Origin: Dehalococcoidia bacterium
GTDB taxonomy: Bacteria > Chloroflexota > Dehalococcoidia > DSTF01 > RBG-16-68-14
DNA: 51,928 nt
Direction of reading: 5' to 3'
Assembly: GCA_040882355.1 (NCBI GenBank)
Contig: JBBEBM010000079.1
Span: forward strand, 1-51,928
Part shown: positions 46,513-51,928 of the stretch, piece after piece
Layout: every line of letters begins with the position of its first letter
How positions within the stretch are numbered: position 1 is the stretch's first letter
Notes under the pieces: generated by a model
The model's input: only the letters and a program-made list of their open reading frames with translations
What the model was told of the DNA's origin: nothing
The model's database searches: none
Position numbers and translations under genes: made by a program

Positions 46513-47727
46513 CTACGTAACGACGCCAGCTTCCTTCAGCCGGGCGATCTCGTCCCAGTCGATGCCCAGCTCCTGGAGCACCTCTTCGGTGTGCTGACCG
46601 AGCTCCGGCGCGCCGGCCTTCACCTCAAGCGTGCCGTTGTTGTACTGCACGGGGCTCGCGACGACCTTTCCCTGCGGGTGCGTGGGGTTCTGGATCAGAT
46701 AGCCGTTCGCGTCTACCTGAGGGTCGTTCGGCACCTCCACCGGCGTCTGCACCGCGGACCAGACGCACTCGTGGTTATTGAGCTGCTCCGTCCAGTGCGC
46801 GAGCGGCTGGGCAGCGAACGCCTCGCGGATCAGCGCCGCCAGCTCCTTGCGTCGCTCGGAGCGCGCCTCGAACGTCGCGTACTGCGGGTCCTCGATCAGG
46901 TCCGCGCGTCCGAGCGCGCGGCAGAACCCCGGCCAGTAGCGGTCGGCCTGGAGCATGTTGAGCAGGATGATCCGCTTGTCCGCGGAGCGGTACGCCCCCA
47001 CCAGCGGGTTCGGCGGCATGCTCGCGCCGATACCGACCGCCTCGCGCGGGTCCTTGCCGAGCAGGGCGCTCGCCAGGATGTCCGGCGCCAGCACCCACAT
47101 GCCCATGTTCAGCAGCGAGAGGTCGACGAGCCCACCCTTGCCCGTCACGCTGCGCCGGTAGAGCGCCGCGGCGATGCCACCGGCAAGCGCCAGGCCCGAC
47201 GCGACGTCGCCCATCGCGGCTCGCTGGCTGATGAAGCCGCCGTCGAGCGGCGTCAGCATGTGGGCGATGCCGCTGCGCGCCCAGTAGGAGATCGCGTCGA
47301 AGCCGGCCTTGTCGGAGTCGGGCCCGCGCTGGCCCTGGCCGTGGCCACGAGCATAGACCAGACGCGGGTTGACGGCCGAGAGGTCGTCGTAGGTGATACG
47401 CAGCCGCTCGCGGGCGGGCTCGAGAAAGCTCGTGACGAAGACATCCACGTTCTCGATCAGCTTCAGGAGGATGTCGCGGCCTTCGGGCTTGCCGAGGTCG
47501 AGGCCCATCGCCCGCTTGCCGCGGTTCATCTGCTCGACGATGTAGTTGTAGTCGCCCGTGCTGGCGATGAGGCCGCCCGCCATCAGGCCGCGCAGGGGAT
47601 CGCCGCGCTGGGGGTGCTCGATCTTGAGCACGTCGGCGCCCCAGTCCGAGAGTACCGCGCCGCAGGAGGGCACGAAGCCCCACTCGGCGAGCTCGATCAC
47701 CTTGATGTTCTCTAGCAGGGGTTCCAT
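46513..47727 (-). CDS. Family III CoA-transferase (CaiB/BaiF)
   Basis: DWGADVLKIE, NRGK, GFD, AMGD (catalytic Asp), PELGQHT. Confidence 0.92.
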   Translation of the reverse strand: MEPLLENIKVIELAEWGFVPSCGAVLSDWGADVLKIEHPQRGDPLRGLMAGGLIASTGDYNYIVEQMNRGKRAMGLDLGKPEGRDILLKLIENVDVFVTSFLEPARERLRITYDDLSAVNPRLVYARGHGQGQRGPDSDKAGFDAISYWARSGIAHMLTPLDGGFISQRAAMGDVASGLALAGGIAAALYRRSVTGKGGLVDLSLLNMGMWVLAPDILASALLGKDPREAVGIGASMPPNPLVGAYRSADKRIILLNMLQADRYWPGFCRALGRADLIEDPQYATFEARSERRKELAALIREAFAAQPLAHWTEQLNNHECVWSAVQTPVEVPNDPQVDANGYLIQNPTHPQGKVVASPVQYNNGTLEVKAGAPELGQHTEEVLQELGIDWDEIARLKEAGVVT

Positions 47728-47736
47728 AGCGGCGCC

Positions 47737-47765
47737 AGCGTAGCAGCGAGGCTAGGGGGTGTCAA
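47737..47765 (-). promoter_or_regulatory. Sigma70 promoter for the CoA-transferase
   Basis: TTGACA, 17 nt, TACGCT, 9 nt, ATG. Confidence 0.55.
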
Positions 47766-47783
47766 GAAGAGGTTGGGAGAGGA

Positions 47784-48045
47784 TCAGTCTGCCCGGAGCT
47801 TCAGGCCGTCGCGCCGGCTGGCATGGAGGACGGTGAGTCCGACGATCTTCCCGTCGCTGTAGCGCACGACGATGTCATCGTCGGTGAAATCCGAGTCGCT
47901 CGCCTCCGCCCGCTCGAACGTCTCGTACAGGACGTCTGCCTCCTGATCGTAGTCCCAGGTGAACTGCGATAGCGGAGGAGCAGCGGCAGAGCCAGTTTCA
48001 CGGAGTCGATGGTGGCCGCGTCGGTTACAGCATCCACGGCGGCAT
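47784..48045 (-). pseudogene. Frameshifted DUF2283-like (antitoxin-associated) gene
   Basis: WDYDQEADVLY...SDFTDDDIVVRY.DGKIVGLTVLHAS is in one frame, the plausible N-terminus (VDAVTDAATIDSVKLALPLLLRY) in another, and the SD-preceded ATG 48045 is out of frame with the latter. Confidence 0.65.
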
Positions 48046-48051
48046 GACTCC

Positions 48052-48936
48052 CTATGGCCAGATCCGTTCGATTGAACCGAGATCCTCGTCGGGATACGGA
48101 AAGATATACCAGACCTCTTCGAAGGGGTGCTGCGACTTTGCCAGAATATCCTTCGCCAGAGCAGCCGCTCTGCCCTCAACCACGGCTTGACCCACGTTGC
48201 CGTAGGCAAGGAGCCACAGGCTCGCCCTGGAGGGCTTTGCGTAGTGCTTATCGACCTTGCGCTGGACTGCTCCCGCCAGAAGAGCCTCCGCCGTGTCAGT
48301 CGATTGCGGGAAGGAGCCAGAACACCCGATGCTGCCGGCGCGACCCGATGCGTGAGCCGCAAACCGCCTACAGAAGGCGCCGACTTCGTAGACACCAAAT
48401 TCTGGCTCCCATCGGTACAACCTGTACTGACCAACCGCCAGGAGTTGAAGAGCGGGCAGGCAGGCGCGCAGGTTCTTGACGATGAAGTCCATCATCCGTT
48501 GAGCAGCCTTGCCAGCCCGTTTCGTAATGGTCGGCCAGGCTGGCTCTTGATACCCGTCGTTCAGCTGAATGTCGATGCCCGCGAAGCCGTCCCATATGTC
48601 TTCCAGCGACGCTCGAATGCCTCGTGTGTACTCCTGCTGCAGCGCGCGCTTCGCAGCATGGTCGCTGTTCAGGACTTCGACTACCTGAATCTCGATCTGG
48701 CGGTCGCCTTCGCACGCGCAGTAGTCATGCCCGTCCTCCTGTCCAGGGTGGACGTCGGAGAGCTGCCGACCTTCGAAGTGCGCCAGGGCACCGGCAAATT
48801 TGCGTACGGTCACGCCCTCGAGTTCTAGCTTGCTTTCAGGGAGAGGCTCGAGGCTCTTGGAGACCTTGCCCGTCGCGGAGAACACGATTGCGCCAAGGGG
48901 TAGGCTGGGCTTTCGCGGTGTACTGCGCGCCGCCAT
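48052..48936 (-). CDS. Hypothetical protein (atypical composition; possible nuclease-like fold)
   Basis: 294-aa ORF with SD TAGGAG directly after the sdh operon; visibly more A/T-ending codons than its neighbours. Confidence 0.65.
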   Translation of the reverse strand: MAARSTPRKPSLPLGAIVFSATGKVSKSLEPLPESKLELEGVTVRKFAGALAHFEGRQLSDVHPGQEDGHDYCACEGDRQIEIQVVEVLNSDHAAKRALQQEYTRGIRASLEDIWDGFAGIDIQLNDGYQEPAWPTITKRAGKAAQRMMDFIVKNLRACLPALQLLAVGQYRLYRWEPEFGVYEVGAFCRRFAAHASGRAGSIGCSGSFPQSTDTAEALLAGAVQRKVDKHYAKPSRASLWLLAYGNVGQAVVEGRAAALAKDILAKSQHPFEEVWYIFPYPDEDLGSIERIWP

Positions 48937-48949
48937 AGAGATGTGTCTC

Positions 48950-49840
48950 CTACGCTCCCACCTTCGCCATCACCTTGTCGAGCACCTTCTCCGTGCCGAT
49001 GACATGGCGGTTCATGCGCAGCTCCTTCGGCTCGATACCGATGGCGAGGCCGATGAGCTGCGGTAGGTGGAGGATCGGCACGCCCAGCTCCTTCTCGATG
49101 ACGGCGGCGGCGCTCGGCTGCTGCGCATCGAGGTTGAGGTGGCAGAGGGGGCACGGCGTGACCAGGCAGTCGGCGCCCTGGTCCTTCGCTTCGGATATGT
49201 GTGTGCCCGCCTGCGTGAGTGAGTTCTTCCGGTTGTTGGTGAGGATCGGGAAGCCGCAGCACTTGTTCTTGCCTTCATAGTCGACAGGCTGCGCGCCCAC
49301 CGCCTCGATGATGAGGTCGAGGTAGTTGTCGCGCTCGGGATGCTCCGCCATGCCCAGGATGCGCGATGGCCGGAGGATGTAGCAGCCGTAGAACGGCCCG
49401 GCGCGCAGGCCCTCGAGCGGGCGCGTCACCTGCGCCTTCAGCTTTTCGAGGCCGAAGTCCTCCACCAGCACCCACATGAAGTTCTTGATCGTGAGGCCGG
49501 GCTTGTACTCCAGGCCCTCCTCTGCGAGCTTCTCGTTGATGCTCGCGCGGTACGCTTCGTCGCGGTCGAGCTTGTCCTGCACCAGGCTCTGCACGCCCTG
49601 GCACGTCGAGCAGATGTTTACGAGATCGAGACCCTTCTGCTGCGCGAGGGCGAAGTTGCGCGCGTTGAGCGCGTCGGCCAGCTCCGGCTCGTGCTCCGTA
49701 ATCACGCCGGCGCCGGTGCAGTTGCCGTCGTACAGCTCGTCCAGCTCGATGCCGAGCGCGGCCGAGACCTTGATCATCGAGTCGTACAGCTCGGGACACG
49801 CGCCCTTGGAGACACAGCCCGGCCAGAAGGCGTACTTCAC
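48950..49840 (-). CDS. CCG-domain (HdrB-like) subunit of type-E succinate dehydrogenase
   Basis: FWPGC, NCTGAG, CSTC, FYGCYILRP, KCCG, PCPLCH; GTG start 49840 overlaps the sdhB stop. Confidence 0.9.
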   Translation of the reverse strand: MKYAFWPGCVSKGACPELYDSMIKVSAALGIELDELYDGNCTGAGVITEHEPELADALNARNFALAQQKGLDLVNICSTCQGVQSLVQDKLDRDEAYRASINEKLAEEGLEYKPGLTIKNFMWVLVEDFGLEKLKAQVTRPLEGLRAGPFYGCYILRPSRILGMAEHPERDNYLDLIIEAVGAQPVDYEGKNKCCGFPILTNNRKNSLTQAGTHISEAKDQGADCLVTPCPLCHLNLDAQQPSAAAVIEKELGVPILHLPQLIGLAIGIEPKELRMNRHVIGTEKVLDKVMAKVGA

Positions 49841-50823
49841 TTCGCGACCTCCTTCTTCTTCTCGCTGCGCACGCGCTCGAACAGCCGGCGGACACGCTTG
49901 ATGCCCGGAATGGGCTTGTGCCAGGGGAGCGGGTGACCCCAGGGTAGCTTGCCGGCGCGCAGCATGCGCAGGCCGCCTGGCAACTCGCTCAGGAGGCGAG
50001 GGACGTTCCAGACGCCGACCGATTGGACCAGCAGAGTTACTTCGTCCAGGCGGCCCAGGCGGCGCACCGTCCCGGCGAAGGCGCTGCCATGCCGCGCGCC
50101 GGTGTTTCCGGTGATCCCCGCCTCCGTCGCCAGCTCCCGGAGCTGCATGATGCGGTCCATCGGCCGGACATCCTTCGGGCAGACCTCCACGCACATGTTG
50201 CAGCGCGTGCAGTCCCAGATGCCGCTGTACTCGCTCAGCTTCGCCAGGCGTTCCTTCGACAGGCCGTCGCGCGGGTCGCCGACGAAGCGATACGCCTTCG
50301 CCAGCGCCGCCGGGGCGATGAAGTTCTTGTCGACCTCCAATACGGTGCAGTCGGAGACGCACGCGCCGCACTGAATGCAGTTCATTGTGTGGGCCAGGTC
50401 GAGCATCGCTTCGTTCGGCACCAGGTACTCGCGCTCAGGCTCCGGGCCGGTCGGCTGAAGCCACGGCTCCACCTGACGGGTCTTGCTCCAGTGCACCTCC
50501 ATGTCCGTGACCAGGTCCTTGAGCACGGGCATGTTGCCCATCGGCTCCACGACGATCTCGTGGTCGCTGTTGTGTTTCGTCATCTCGACGACCTTCGTCT
50601 TGCAGGCGAGGCGAGCGCGATGGTCGATTCGCATGGCGCAGGAGCCGCAGATCGCGCTCCGGCACGAGCAGCGAAGCGAGAGCGTGCCGTCGTGGTACTC
50701 GCGCACCTCGATCAGCGCATCGAGCACGGTGGCGTTGTCCTCCATGTCCACAGTGTATTGCTGAAACGTTGCGCCGTCGCCGGACGCGGGGTCGAAGCGC
50801 CTTACCTTGAGCTTGATCTCCAC
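49837..50823 (-). CDS. sdhB: Succinate dehydrogenase/fumarate reductase iron-sulfur subunit
   Basis: SCRSAICGSCAM..LAC, CIQCGACVSDC, CTRCNMCVEVCP. Confidence 0.95.
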   Translation of the reverse strand: MEIKLKVRRFDPASGDGATFQQYTVDMEDNATVLDALIEVREYHDGTLSLRCSCRSAICGSCAMRIDHRARLACKTKVVEMTKHNSDHEIVVEPMGNMPVLKDLVTDMEVHWSKTRQVEPWLQPTGPEPEREYLVPNEAMLDLAHTMNCIQCGACVSDCTVLEVDKNFIAPAALAKAYRFVGDPRDGLSKERLAKLSEYSGIWDCTRCNMCVEVCPKDVRPMDRIMQLRELATEAGITGNTGARHGSAFAGTVRRLGRLDEVTLLVQSVGVWNVPRLLSELPGGLRMLRAGKLPWGHPLPWHKPIPGIKRVRRLFERVRSEKKKEVAK

Positions 50824-50871
50824 AGGGCCCTCCGTGTCGCCGTCGGGCTGAAGCCCGACCCGCGAACTGGG

Positions 50872-51873
50872 TCAGTACTTCCGCTCGGCCGGTGTCCACT
50901 GGGTGATGGTCACCGGCGCGAAGTCCGTTCGGACGCCTTCGGGCGTCCACGTGAGCAGCACATGTTTGAGCCACTCCTGGTCGTTGCGCTCGGGGAAATC
51001 GAGACGGGTGTGCGCGCCGCGACTCTCCTTGCGCGTGATCGCGCCCTCCACGATCGCCTCCGCGCAGTCGAGCAGGAACTCCAGCTCCAGCGCAAAGAGC
51101 AGGTCTGTGTTGAATACCTTCCCCTTGTCCTCGACAGGCACCTTCGCGTAGCGCTCCTTGAGCTTCTTCACCTCTTGGCGTTGCGCCTCCAGCCCCTGGG
51201 CCGTCCGGAATACGCCCACGTTTTTGTCCATTGAAACGCCCATGTCGAGTCGGATCTTGGCCACGCGGTCGCCGTTCTTGGGGCGGTCCAGCAGGTCCTG
51301 GACCCTCCGCTTCTCGCTCTCGATCACGCTCTCAGGCACGCTGAACGAGCTGACGCCGCGCCCGAACTCCGTCGCGGCGATTCCCGAGCGCCTCCCGAAG
51401 ATGACGGTGTCTAGCAGCGAGTTCGCGCCGAGCCGGTTGCCGCCGTGCACGCTCACGCAGGCGACTTCGCCCGCGGCGTAGAGCCCCGGTAGCGGCGTGG
51501 CGCCGTTCACGTCTGTCTTCACGCCGCCCATGGCGTAGTGCATGCCGGGGCGGATCGGTATCGGTTCCTTGGCGATGTCGACGTTAACGAAGTCGATGCC
51601 GATCTCGCGGATCTGCCAGAGCCGCTCGGCGATGATCTGCTCGCTGAGGTGACGCATGTCGAGGAACACGCAGCCGTCGACTCCGCGACCTTCATTGATC
51701 TCGGTCTGCTCCGCCCGCGAGATCACGTCGCGGCTCGCGAGCTCCATCGCGGTCGGCCCGTAGGTCTTCATGAATCGCTCGCCTTCGGAGTTGAGCAGGT
51801 AGGCGCCCTCGCCGCGGGCGCCCTCCGTGATCAGCACCCCGCTGCCCTTGAGGGTCGTCGGGTGGTACTGGAC
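50872..51873 (-). CDS. sdhA: Succinate dehydrogenase/fumarate reductase flavoprotein, C-terminal part
   Basis: QYHPT, EGARGEG, ELASRD, HYAMGG, VHGGNRLGANSL, ESRGAH; recognisable homology ends at about 51873. Confidence 0.93.
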   Translation of the reverse strand, partial: VQYHPTTLKGSGVLITEGARGEGAYLLNSEGERFMKTYGPTAMELASRDVISRAEQTEINEGRGVDGCVFLDMRHLSEQIIAERLWQIREIGIDFVNVDIAKEPIPIRPGMHYAMGGVKTDVNGATPLPGLYAAGEVACVSVHGGNRLGANSLLDTVIFGRRSGIAATEFGRGVSSFSVPESVIESEKRRVQDLLDRPKNGDRVAKIRLDMGVSMDKNVGVFRTAQGLEAQRQEVKKLKERYAKVPVEDKGKVFNTDLLFALELEFLLDCAEAIVEGAITRKESRGAHTRLDFPERNDQEWLKHVLLTWTPEGVRTDFAPVTITQWTPAERKY

Positions 51874-51928
51874 CCCAGAATTCATGAAGAGGATCGTGAA
51901 GCAACTGAGGCATGGCCAGATTACGATT

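Larger units (their letters stand above)
599..50859. repeat. Dispersed REP-like hairpins with a CTTCAG/CTGAAG-like core (family A)
   Basis: Copies at 603-620, 2710-2728, 2768-2788, 2814-2832, 10323-10340, 14459-14476, 14504-14522, 16511-16531, 18319-18340, 37861-37876, 38368-38385, 50842-50859. Many have a GTAG/GGAG foot. Confidence 0.8.

Overview
High-GC bacterial scaffold with two 10-N gaps (15637-15646, 41934-41943). Gene content and style suggest a metagenome-assembled Chloroflexota (Dehalococcoidia-like) organism; this is inference only. The window is mostly housekeeping and catabolic genes: an endonuclease III fragment, a TDG/MUG glycosylase, pyrE, tatA, purF-purM-purH, a type-E succinate dehydrogenase (sdhA/sdhB/CCG subunit), two P450s, CoA ligase/transferases, an LLM monooxygenase, a GMC dehydrogenase pair, glycosyltransferases, and a kinase-STAND ATPase-cyclase signalling protein. 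The most striking structure recurs at three genes: purH, purM and a GT2 gene each have a duplicated 5' end with inserted DNA between the copies. The insert is an MNT-HEPN toxin-antitoxin pair in purH (perfect 61-bp repeat) and a palindromic repeat in the other two (mostly synonymous differences). In each case the upstream copy is a short ORF whose stop codon overlaps or lies just inside the next start. Intergenic spaces are stacked with at least five families of short palindromic or tandem repeats. No rRNA, tRNA, CRISPR array, integrase or transposase was recognised.
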